Of a stretch of 64,000 nt of DNA, positions 26,125 through 37,220 are shown one piece after another. The stretch comes from Gnetum montanum (lineage: Eukaryota; Plantae; Gnetophyta), in NCBI GenBank assembly GCA_015680685.1, contig MNCI01002011.1, positions 570,470 through 634,469 on the forward strand, given 5' to 3'. Under the pieces are notes generated by a model. The model worked only from the letters and a program-made list of their open reading frames with translations. It was not told the DNA's origin and ran no database searches. The translations under genes were made by a program, and so were the position numbers. The number at the start of each line of letters is the position of its first letter. The first letter of the stretch is position 1.

Positions 26125-28374
26125 TTAATTAAATTAGTAACTATGATAGATGGGAAATTGGTGGTGTATAAGTAGGGGATTATGCAACCCATCTCCTAAA
26201 TGTGTGGCCATAAGATTAGTTGTGGGGGAGATGCTCCATCCTGATTCAAGAACTAATATGTATTTTTCACCCTTTTTGTTTTTCAATTTTTTATTGTTTT
26301 CCTATTTTGTCCAAAACTTTCTGATTCTGCATATGTTTTTCATTTCTTAATATTTTTCTTTTCTTTTCTTTATAATATTCTCTTTTCCTAAGTCATTTTC
26401 TTTGTGTTTATAAATGTCTTTTATGTTTTTGTTAATAATATTGTCATGTCATGATGTAGAAGTCAATGTTATGTGTTGGGTTTTTATGCTATGCTATCAA
26501 GATGATTGGGTAAGTAATTGTGTAAAGTAGTGAGACCACCTCATCCATCCCTCCAATTCTCTAAATAAAATGTCTTTTTTATGGAAAAAATTTGGTTCTT
26601 CTTTCATGAAAATAAAATTAATCAATGATCATTGTACCTTGAAAAAAGAGGAAATGACCAAGTGGGAATGGTAAGTGTGTGACCTCAAGGGAACTTGTTG
26701 GGATTTCTTCTTGTCTTCCTTCATGTGGTTTATGAATCCTCTTAGAATGTATCATCACTCCTCCATCAACTAATAAAAAGAAAGCTTTTTCTTTGCATGG
26801 TGTGGTTCCCATCCAAAAAAAAAGAAAAAAAAAGAAAAAAACAAAACAAAGCAAAAAAACAAAAGAGAGAGAAAAAACAATAATGGAAATTCAAAGCACT
26901 TTCCTTAGACACAATAATAGGCTACAAGCACTAGTTATGGGGCTAGAAAGACATGTTACCCATGCCTGAAGACGGTCCTTTAACTACAACCCTTCCTTCC
27001 TTCTTCTCTTTTCTTCCCTTTTTAGAGTGATTATTGTTCTTTGAGGTGGTTGTGGACTCATAGTGGTTTGCAGGATGGAACACATTAATGTGAGGTGATT
27101 GTTCATGGTATGGACTTGGTCTAAACTTGATAGATAGATATGCTGATCATTTTAATTACATTTTTCATAAGAACCTATTGTTGACATGGTCAAGTATGTT
27201 ATATCCCAATCTTTGCAATCCCTTCTCATCCCATTATTTGCCTCACTACTACATGCGATTATGAGCCTTTTGATCTTGTATAGTATAGTGCAACATCCCA
27301 ACCATGGTAGTTTTGTGTTGTTTAGAAGAAAGGCATGGTCTACATTTAACTTCTTGGATGCCCATGGACATCTATACAAGTGGTTATGCAAGGTCATTAT
27401 GGTAGGAGCCTACTTTGGGGAGTACACACTTGCATAACTTTTGTTGACCATGCCTTTAAACTAACCTTTACATCTTCCAGAACATTATTCATGGTTTAAA
27501 TTTATGCATAATTTTAGAACTACTTCTCATATATTTCAGTAATTTCTCCTACTCTTCTATTTCCATATCTATTAATATATCTTGGCCATGTTTTGAATCA
27601 GACCTTTGGTTTTAATTATTCAAAAACTTGTGTGCTTTTGGAGTTATGCTTATTAGTCATGGGGGCTAGGGATGTCCACTTTGAAAATTTTCTAACATCC
27701 TATTTTCAAACATCATGGTAACTAATAGTAATTGATCAAAATAATGTGAAAAACTTGATTATTTTAGTTACCTTATAGCCTTGAGCATGGTATGTTGTCA
27801 TCACGTTGTGCTTAAACAAAAATGAAGGGATATAAATAGGGTTAATTATTAAGGAAAATTTACCAAAACTAATTTGATTTTTTGGTGACTTCAGGTGATG
27901 CTAAAAGAAATGCCTAAAGAAGAAGGTCTTGTACCAAGCATGAAAATGAAGCTAAGAGGGGGAAAATGGAGGATATGCCCAGGGAAAAATTGTAACACAT
28001 ACAAGATAGTAGCTTAAGCATTGCATGTTTTCTAGATCCATGGGATGATGAGAAGAAATTTCAATTCATCTTTCAAGAATGCTCCACATAACTAGAGAAG
28101 CATCAACATAACAATCAAGGTTGGAAGTTTGCCATCGCTAGTGGCAACAAGAAGAATCATCTTCAGTGGATTTTTGAAGACCTTTGCAAATTTTTTAATC
28201 TTCAATGTATATACAATATTTCTACTACTTTGTCAATTTTTTATGCATCCACAAGAATAAAATTTTGTAATGTGGCACTCAATTTTTTTTATGTCAAGTG
28301 TCAGTCAATAATTCCATACCTTCCCAATTTTGTAAAGAAACTTGAGGAGGAGTTTTCATTGAGTTGTGGGGATA

Positions 28375-29269
28375 TGATGAAGCATCAAAGTGTCAAGTCA
28401 ATGGGCCCCTATTGATAGGGGCCCATTTACATGGAGTTTCCCCATCTACGAGGCCACATTGATGTAGCGTTTGCTACATCTATAGGGCCTCGTCAACATA
28501 GCCCAGTAATAAAATCTCTAAATACACATACACAATCATGTTTATAGCATTCTTTGATTAATAGAGTAGCCAAAATTTTGTTGTCTTATTCTGTAGTCTT
28601 AGAGAACAATTAGTGAGTGCCTACAGTGTGGATTTGAGTTAGTTGTACAACATCTTATTCGAGTGGCAATGTACCTGGACACATTCCATGACCAACAATA
28701 AGATCGATGTTAATTCTTATTCATTACAACACTTTGACTTAGATTAAATTTACTTTCCATGAAATTTACATTTCATGTACTTAATATTTACATTTCTATG
28801 CATATTAATGAATTGGTAGAATGATTGCAACTAGTTTTGAGCATGAACATGTATTCACTTGGTAATCCTAGTAGAATTATTGCGTTGTTCACCCAATAGC
28901 ATAGTGCTTGGTAATCCTAGTAGTGGATACATGGGTTCAATATGTGTATGATAAGCTAGGAACGAACACTCATCTCTTGTAGGCTAGTTTAAATTTTAAT
29001 TTCTATTTCTAATTAGTTAAATAATTGATTTGTTTATTGTCATTAGGAGTAGCATAAGGCCAAATCAACATCAAGAATCATATGTCTAACTTTAGACTAA
29101 ATCATACATGACAAATCTATCACTAGTACAAGTGAGAAGACACTGAATTGCAATCAAGGCATAAGGATCTAGAAGCCACAACTAGTCCCATTCATGGAAT
29201 TCAACCAAATCATATGTGAACACTTGTAATTCATATGGTTGGACATAGGGGGTACCTCGCTACTCATCA
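28375..29269 (+). repeat. C 3' LTR (895 bp)
   Basis: TG...CA ends, preceded by a PPT and followed by the TSD; same termini as the E LTR at 57547-58391. Confidence 0.88.
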
Positions 29270-29720
29270 ACATCTATCTAAGACATGTTAGAGATGTTGT
29301 AAATTTTCTTCATAAGTATTCGCATAGATTAAAATATTATTCATAAAAACCTCAACATAATTTTCTAAGATATTAGAAAATATTGAGATCATGGCTCTTT
29401 GGAAAGTAGTTGGTACATTACAAAGGCCAAAAGGCATATGTTTATAAGAAAAATTTCCATAATAACATGTAAAGATTGTTTTATGTTGGTCTTCAAGGGT
29501 AATGGCTACTTGATTGTAACCATTAAATCCATCCAAAAGGAAATAATATTCATGTCCTTCTAATTTTTCCAGAACTTAATCTATGTATGGTAATGGAAAA
29601 TGGTCTTTCTTTGTATTTTGGTTTAACCTTCTATAATCTACATAGACTCTCCATTTTCCACCCTTTTTTGGTACTACAGTAATGGGGCTTATCCATTCAC
29701 TATCAGCTATTGAATCAATT
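29270..29720 (-). pseudogene. pol: D pol: RT N-terminal half
   Basis: DSEWISPITVVPKKGGKWRVYVDYRRLNQNTKKDHFPLPYID and DGFNGYNQV...HMPFGLCNVPTTFQR...VFMNNILI. Confidence 0.93.
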
Positions 29721-31240
29721 CTTGTCATGCTGCTCCAAACTCTCATGAAATTGGGCATCCAAGGATTTAATGTTGAATACATTATGCATGACCATGAATA
29801 TAAGGATTATCATCCCACTAAGGCACAACGAAAGAAATATTGGCAATAGGAGATGTGCTACAAGGTGTCAAAGGGGAAATGGTTCACAAATCCCTTATTC
29901 CTACTGGGCTAAAAGGAAGGTGAGGATCCCTTCTTTGGGGGTCCTTACAACATTGACTCTCCTCCATTCTTCTTTGATGAAGGAGGCCCTAACCAGAATT
30001 TATGGTCCACTAGAAATAATCTGGGTTTGGGAAAGAATGGGTTCCATGACCATTGGGGCTCCAAAGGAGGGAGTCAAGTCAGGAACTAGGAAAAGCATCA
30101 AGAAAGAGATAGGCATGGTGAACATAGTAGTGACCTAAGGAGAGGGAGTAGCAAGAACCTTGTTGGTGTTGGATCTCATCACTCTTCACCTTTGATGTCC
30201 TCATCATCTTCCTCCTGCAACTTCAACTAAAGCTGTAGAGGACATGATCATGATGGAGGTGATTAGTGGAATAGAGATGATCATGGGGTTCACTAGAATA
30301 GTAAAGACTAGGGGCATGGGCAATCAAGGGAGGCCCACCATCATGAATGAAAGCATAATAGAGGACATCATATCCATCATGGCCATCATTAAGGCTATGA
30401 CTATGATGAGCCTTTGCTTGTAACAAGGAACATGATGAACATTTCAGAGGCCATGAGGATTCCAACAAGGCATGTGAAAGATGACAGAATCAAGTGGTTG
30501 AATATGAACAATATCCCCAAGTTCAAAGGGGGATACAACTTAGATCCATAAAATCATCTTCAAGCCTTTCACAATGCCTGTTCCTTGTAGAACATTGAAA
30601 ATGAATGGCAAAAACTAAAGTTTTTCCTAAGGACACTCGTTAAGAAGGCTAAAAGCTAGTACTAGTTCTTAGAACTAGAATCAATCAAACGATAGAGTAT
30701 GATGCTTGAACTCTTCAATGAAAAGCATTAAATGTACTCCAAAGTGTCTAATTTGAGGAAGCAAATCTAAGGGTGGAGACAAGGAACACATGAATCCTTG
30801 GATGTGGTCATGGGTAGATATTACTCTCTGTTGCATAGGTGCTGAGGCCATGACTTTTCTCAAAGGAAGTAGCTCTACCATATCATAGATGGGCTAAGAG
30901 TAGAAACAAGGAGAACTCTTGGGGTCAATGCCCAAGGGAGCCTTTTAGAACTAGGAGTTCATCAAATCCAAGAGTTGATTAAGCAGGTGGTCAAATAAGA
31001 AGATGAATTGTGAAAAAGGAAAAGTGTGAAGGAGTACAATTAGGGTCCTTCCATCTGAAAAAGGAAAGTCCAATTTTGTGACAACAAGGAGGAGGCACCA
31101 CTTGATGAAGTGGTGCAACGTAAAACCTTGCCTATCCAAAAATCTATTTTTGAAAAATCAGCCAAGGTGGATAAAATATGGGATTCTTTGGATGAAAAAT
31201 TACAAACTACCCTTAGAATTGCTAAATAATCTAGAAAGCA
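29721..31240 (+). pseudogene. gag: E gag region (degenerate, with upstream coding-like extension)
   Basis: NIPKFKGG...HLQAFHNACSL*NIENEWQKLKFFLRTLVKKAKS. Fused by deletion directly to RT, with no protease. Confidence 0.72.
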
Positions 31241-31242
31241 AG

Positions 31243-33708
31243 GTAGTGGGTTTGCAATGATTTTAGGTTGTTAGATATGACAAGATACAAAGATAATTTT
31301 TTGTTGCCATTTGTGGACTAGGTGTTGGATACTATTTATGGGCATTACTACTACAAATTTTTGGATGGTTATAGTGGCTATAATCAAATTTAGATTGTGC
31401 TAGAAGATCAAGCAAAAATCACATTCACAAGTTCCTAAGAGACTTTTGCATACAGAAAGATGTTGTTTGGCTTATGTAGTACCCTTGTCATATTCTAATG
31501 CCTTGTCTTGAGCATGTACCAATAGTCGATTGGTACTTAGGTGGAAGTTTTTATGGATGACTTCTCCACCTATGGGGCTACATTTGAGCAAGCCCTGCAC
31601 CATCTTGAGCAAGTGCTGAAATGGTGTGTGGAGACAAACCTTAGGCTCAACTAGAAGAAAAGCTACCTGATGGTTTAGGAAGACATTATGTTGGGGCACA
31701 GAAAATTAGGAAAATGGATTAAGATGGACCTTAAAAAAATAAGGGTCATCCAAAGAATTACTAGCCAGCCCAAAATTGTTAAAGATGTGAGGTCATCCCT
31801 TGGACATACTAGCTACTACCAGTGATTCATTGAGAATTTCTCTAAGATTGCCAAACCATTCATTCAACTAACAAAGAAGGATGCTTCATTTATATAGACC
31901 AAGGAATGTGAATGTGCATTCCATTAGCTCAAGTAGAAGCTTGTGGAAACTCCAATTCTATGAGCACTTGACTAATCCAAACCTTTTCACATTATGAAGG
32001 ATGCATCAAATTATGCTTTGGGAGCCATGCTCACATAGTTGGATGATTAGAAACATCCTTACTACATCCACTATGCGAGTAGAAAAATTTTGGATGCACA
32101 GTTAAACTACATCACAACAGAAAAAAAATTGATGATAGTGGTGTTCACCTTGGAGAAATTCAGGCACTATGTGCTTGGGTATAAGGTGTTCATGCACACA
32201 AACCATAGCGCTATTTAGTCCTTGATGAATAAACCAATGGTGATCCCTTGTGTCATATGATGGCTACTGATATAGTAGGAATTCAATCTTAGAATGGTAG
32301 ATCAAAAGGGAATTGAGAACATGGTTGCTGACCACTTATCTTGGTTATGATGGGATAATAAAGAGGAGGAGAGCCCACTTTCAGATTAGTTTCTTGATGA
32401 AATTTTCTTTGCCAAAGATATAATTGAACAAATGCCCACTGAACCCAACTGGTATGATGGCATTCTCACCTATCTTCTCACTTAGGAGATGCCAAAAAAT
32501 TGGGGTAATAGGAAGAAATAATAATTTCTTCACTAGGAAAAATGCTTTATGAAAATCCATGAACACCTTTACAAGGTGTGTGCTGATGGCTTGGGTTGTT
32601 GGTGTGTACTTGATGCTAATGAACTATGCATGCTTCAAGATGCTCTTGAGGGTCCTTGTGAAGGCCACTATCTTGGGAGACACATGGTCATTAAGATTCT
32701 CATGGAAGGATATTATTGACCAATAGTTTTTTGGAATGCTTATCACCTTGTTTACTCTTGTGAACCTTGAAAATGTGATGGTGGAATGACTACTTGTACG
32801 AAGGGACCTTAGTAGTGGTCTAACCAATAGAGCCCTTTGATATTTGGGGCATTGACTTGATGGATCCTATCACACCCATGTCAAATGAAAAGGCATACAT
32901 CAAAGTTACTCTTGACTATTGTATAAAATGGGAAAAAGCCACAACCATCACCTATTAGACATCTTTTACCACTACTTGGGTTTGTACAAAAACATGTTGT
33001 AAATAGGTTTGGGATGCCACATGCACTTATTTCTAATAATGGTACTCTTTTTATAGGCAACCTTTAGGAAGCTCATGCAACGCTTGGGATTGAACATAAA
33101 TTAACAACATCCTACCACCCCCAAAAGAATGGTCAAGTAGAGGTTACAAGTAGGGAAATAACAAAAATACTAACATGAACTGTTAATAAATAGAGGAGGG
33201 CTGGAGCATAAAACTCAACAATGCCCTTCGAGTCTACTGCTCTACTTGGAAACTTCTTATTGGCTACTCTTCCTTTGAGCTTGTGTAGAGAAAGTTACCA
33301 ACTCTTCCCATCCAATCAGAGCTTCGTACACTTTTAATAGTGTGTGACCTTGACCTTAACCTAATTCTAGCATAAAAAGAAAGATTGATGAACCTCAACC
33401 TGCTAGATAAGAACCAATTGGTAGTCTTTTCATCTAATGAGTTGCACAAAGCATTTAATAAACAATTCCATGACCTTAGAATAGGGAAAGTAAAATTTTA
33501 GCTAGGAGATAGGGTCCTCTATTGGAAGCCCAAAAGTGTACCACAAAGAACTAAGTTTCAAACATTGTGGAAAGGGCCTTATATTACCTATGAAACCATT
33601 CCTTTTGGGGCCATGTTAATATACAAACTTGAAAGCCCAAATAAGAAATTGTTAGTCAACATGAAATAAATAAGACATTTCCATGAGCCTAAGAGAGCCA
33701 ATGATTAG
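31243..33708 (+). pseudogene. pol: E pol: RT-RNaseH-integrase
   Basis: WVCNDFR...[60 protein letters not shown]. Confidence 0.93.
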
Positions 33709-34919
33709 AACACATCAACGAATGGACATACATGCTATATATTTTGGATCTCCTTGTTCCAACTTAGTCATGTGGGAGATGGCCATCCATGTTAATCAAT
33801 CAAAGTGACTCCTTAGTTTTTCACTTTTTTCTGTTTTTCACCATTTTTTTCACCATCTTTAATACATTTTTCTCTTTCTTAAATATTTTACAATTTCTTC
33901 TATATTTTACTTTATTTGATTTTGATTTTTCTAATGCTTTTCTTATGTTTTATTTTGTTTTTCTTTATTGTTGCCATGACTAAGTGCAATTATAGCTGTT
34001 GAGTGATGGTGGTTTGTACTCTAATGTTATTTGATTACTAATGTATGGATTCTATCTTTGAATTTTGGTATTGATAATTAAGACATTATTTCTTTTTCAT
34101 GATAACAAGAGGTAAATCCATGTTATCTACCTTTCCACAAAACTCTATGGTATTTCCTTGTTTTGGAAATATGTGGTCCCTTCTTAAATGTAACTTTCAA
34201 AGAACTTATGACCTTGGTAGTTTTTGAACTTGGGAAGGATTAAATGCATAGACAAGTGTCTGACTTCAAGAAGATTTGATGCTCTTTTTACTTGGGTACC
34301 CTCTTGGGATGCATGGGTGTTTACATGGATTTCTCACCATTCCGCTATCAACCAATAATAAAAAGCTAAAGTCTTTGAATGGTGTGGTTCCCTTCTAGAA
34401 AAAGCACAATAATGGAAATTCAAAGCACATCCCTTAGATAAAATAATAGGCTACAAGCATTGGTTATAGGACTAGAAAGACATGTTACCCATGCTTGAAG
34501 GTCCCCTCTAACTAAGGCCCATCTACTTCCTACTTATCTTTTCTTCTCTTTTAGGAATGGTGATCAAACTATGGGGATATTCTTTTGCCTTGAGGGGGTG
34601 GACCAGCCTTGGAATGTCAATGCAAAGTCACTAAATGTGGTTGGTTTTAATTGAAACTAAATATGGACGTTATCAGATCATATTAACCACAAAATCCATA
34701 AGGAACTTCATGTGACCATGATATAGGATTCCATTCCATTGTTTACCTCATCCACCTATGCTTTCCATAACTCACCTTGCTATCCTTGTTGACGTGTTGT
34801 TTGATGTCTTAGTTTGACGTGTTAAAATTCTTATGTAGTTTCATATGGGATTTAGTCCTTAACATACCATAACCATTAATTATACATGGGGTCCATAGAC
34901 TTCTTGGTTTGAGGGCATG

Positions 34920-36457
34920 TGAAACACCACAAAATTTTGAGCTTATCACTTCTCCAACAAGAATCGAGCTAAGTCATGATGCTCCCCAGCATGACTAAAG
35001 CTTGAGAACCTCATAGACAGCTTCAAACGGAGTTAAAATGAGCAAGAAATGGTTCCCTGAGACCCATAGAAGACTAGAATGACATCTGGCATTAGAATTG
35101 GTGAATTTTGAACTCAAAATACTTGGTTTTCACTAAGTATGCATCCTGTATGCTGACTTATACATGCCCAGTGTATGGCCTAGCGTGTAGCAACTTTTGA
35201 GTCTTAAAAACTCATCAAAATGGGCCAAAATCGAAGGTTTAGACTCCCCATGACCTTCCCTAAGGCCCCCAGCAGGCCTCAGGCTCCTAACAATTAAATT
35301 TTGGGCACCAAACTGGTCATTTCCTGCCTACACACATGCCCAGCATGTACACCCAGCGTGTGGCACCAAGGGCAAGGCTTCGAAAACTTCTATTGTGGGT
35401 GTCAAAAGTATCATTTATGGCCTCACACGCTAGCCTACAAGCCTAGTGTGCATGCCCAATGTGCACCACCAAAAGCGAGGTCGATCAAGTGATTTAGCCA
35501 ACTTGCATGCTGACCTGCATGCCTAGTGTGCAACACAGCGTACACCAGTTGAAGCCTCCCAAAACCATGTCAGATCAAGTCCAAATAACCTGAAAGTCCA
35601 CAGGAAGCATCCTCATGACACCAGAGCTCAAATTCAAGGCCAAGTTCAAGATTTTCTTTTGTAACAGTATGCTTGTTTGTAAAGTTCAATTCCTTTTTAT
35701 TGGGCAAGTCTGTACGCTAAGTTCACATGCCCAGCATGTACACGCTGGCATGCAGCACGCTGTACAGTTGTAATATTCTTTACACTTGGGCAGCGCAACC
35801 ACATGTCATCCAACCTGAAATTCTCTCACCCATGGCCACTCATAGCCTTCCAAATCCGAATCCAACGCCCAAAACCTCATAAAAACCCTAATTTTTCACT
35901 AGATCGGGGTTGGAAATTTTTGGACAAATGGAGACAAAAAAAAATGGAACCGAGGAGACTTAGGAAATCTGGATAATAACCTTGTACATTGGACTTCTAC
36001 CATGCACGTTGACCATACAGCCTTCACGCTGTGCCTGTAGTCCAAACTAGCATACCATCATCCCTCCACATCACCGGGGCTCTTCGTCTGCCTTGTGTTA
36101 GATCCACAATTGCATTTAGACCGGTGCATTGTAATCTCCATTTTGTAATAAAGTTGTTTCATTTCTGGTTAATATTTGTTACAGTTTTCATCCATTTTTG
36201 TTTTCCTCTGTGTTTGTTTCCTTGCACGTTTATGTTCTAGTTTACGTTTATCACGTTGTTTACGCATAACCCAGCGTATTGCACATTGGTATATGTTGGG
36301 GAAATCCTTGTCTGATCCATGTGTGGACCACCCAAGGTACTCTACCTTCATCAGTTCCAGCTCACCCTTAAGCGAAGGTAGAGTCTTCTGTGCTCGTCTA
36401 CAGATCCCATAGTGCTCATCCCATTCCAGCTTTGCACAGACGATTTCAGAAAGTCCA
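34920..36457 (+). repeat. B 5' LTR
   Basis: tgaaacaccac...aagtcca; colinear with 52121-53670. Confidence 0.97.
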
Positions 36458-36462
36458 GAAAA

Positions 36463-36480
36463 TGGCGCTAGAAGGAGGGC
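36463..36480 (+). promoter_or_regulatory. Primer-binding site complementary to the 3' end of plant tRNA-Asn
   Basis: TGGCGCTAGAAGGAGGGC is the reverse complement of ...GCCCTCCTTCTAGCG-CCA (plant tRNA-Asn 3' end as I recall it); 5 bp after the LTR end. Confidence 0.85.
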
Positions 36481-36656
36481 CGAACACTGCTTAAACCTAC
36501 TCTGATCCATCGTAGATCTCTTCGGACGCGTTAATTCACCACTCTCTATGCTTCTGATCTACTACCAAGTTTCCTCAGATTTACACTTCATCTGCATAAC
36601 TCTAATTTTGCAACTCCTTGAATCTATGTCCTGTTCCACAACAATCTCAGCGTTTA

Positions 36657-37120
36657 CACGTTGCCCAGCTTACCTGCACACTGTAGACCTTGTCTACACG
36701 CTGCCTAGTTTACCTACACGCTGTAGACCCTGTCTACATGATACCCAGCTTACCTGCCTACATGATGTAGATCTTTTCTACACGTTGCCTAGTTTACCTG
36801 CACGCTATAGACCTTGTCTACACGTTGCCTAGCTTACTTGCACGCTGTAGACCTTGTCTACATGCTGCCTAGTTTACTTGCATGCTGTAGACCCTATCTA
36901 CACACTGCCTAGTCAACCTGCATGCTGTAGACCCTGTCTACACGCTGCAACCACTTGCAACATGCTGACCACTTTGTCTTTATGCTGACAGTTGCAGTGT
37001 ACACGCCGTGAGCCTAGTTTAGACACCGTGACCAGTTTCTATATGCTGGTCATTGAAGCTTGTACGTTGGGATCTAGTCCATACGCTATGTAAATAGGCT
37101 GCACGCTACCAACTTAGGTG
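36657..37120 (+). repeat. 40-bp (2 x 20) tandem array with CACGCTG core in B 5' UTR
   Basis: About 7 copies of cacgctgcctagtttacctgcacgctgtagaccttgtcta (36657-36960), then decaying 20-mers. Confidence 0.93.
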
Positions 37121-37220
37121 TACATTGATAAGTATACCCATTTCATACTTGGCCATATCCTCACCTGTACACCCTGACATTGTCTCCCATCCACCTAGTT
37201 ACACTCACGACCTTTTCATC

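Larger units (their letters stand above)
7020..29269 (+). mobile_element. Non-autonomous gag-only Athila-like LTR element C
   Basis: Both LTRs start tgatgaagcatcaaagtgtca (7020, 28375). The 3' LTR ends cgctactcatca at 29269. TSD acatt (7015-7019) / acatc (29270-29274). PPT-like agttgtggggata at 28362-28374. No pol detected. Confidence 0.88.
2560..29720 (-). mobile_element. Athila-like element D, 5'-truncated and split by C (7020-29269)
   Basis: The RT frame reads QHL*HVLDRC (29270 side) into IDKNLKLS*EKSHLMITNGIVLGH (7019 side) once C and its TSD are removed. Confidence 0.85.

Noticed and set aside
34660-34690. ttatcagatcatattaa as a U2 snRNA fragment
   Set aside because: Only a short gapped resemblance; no flanking snRNA sequence.
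35301-36412. ORFs repeated at 35301/52451, 36031/53244 and 36176/53506 as duplicated genes
   Set aside because: They are the two LTR copies; stops and frames differ between them.
36657-36960. Regular 40-bp repeats as a CRISPR array
   Set aside because: Units are contiguous with no unique spacers, there are no cas genes, and the array sits in a retrotransposon 5' UTR.
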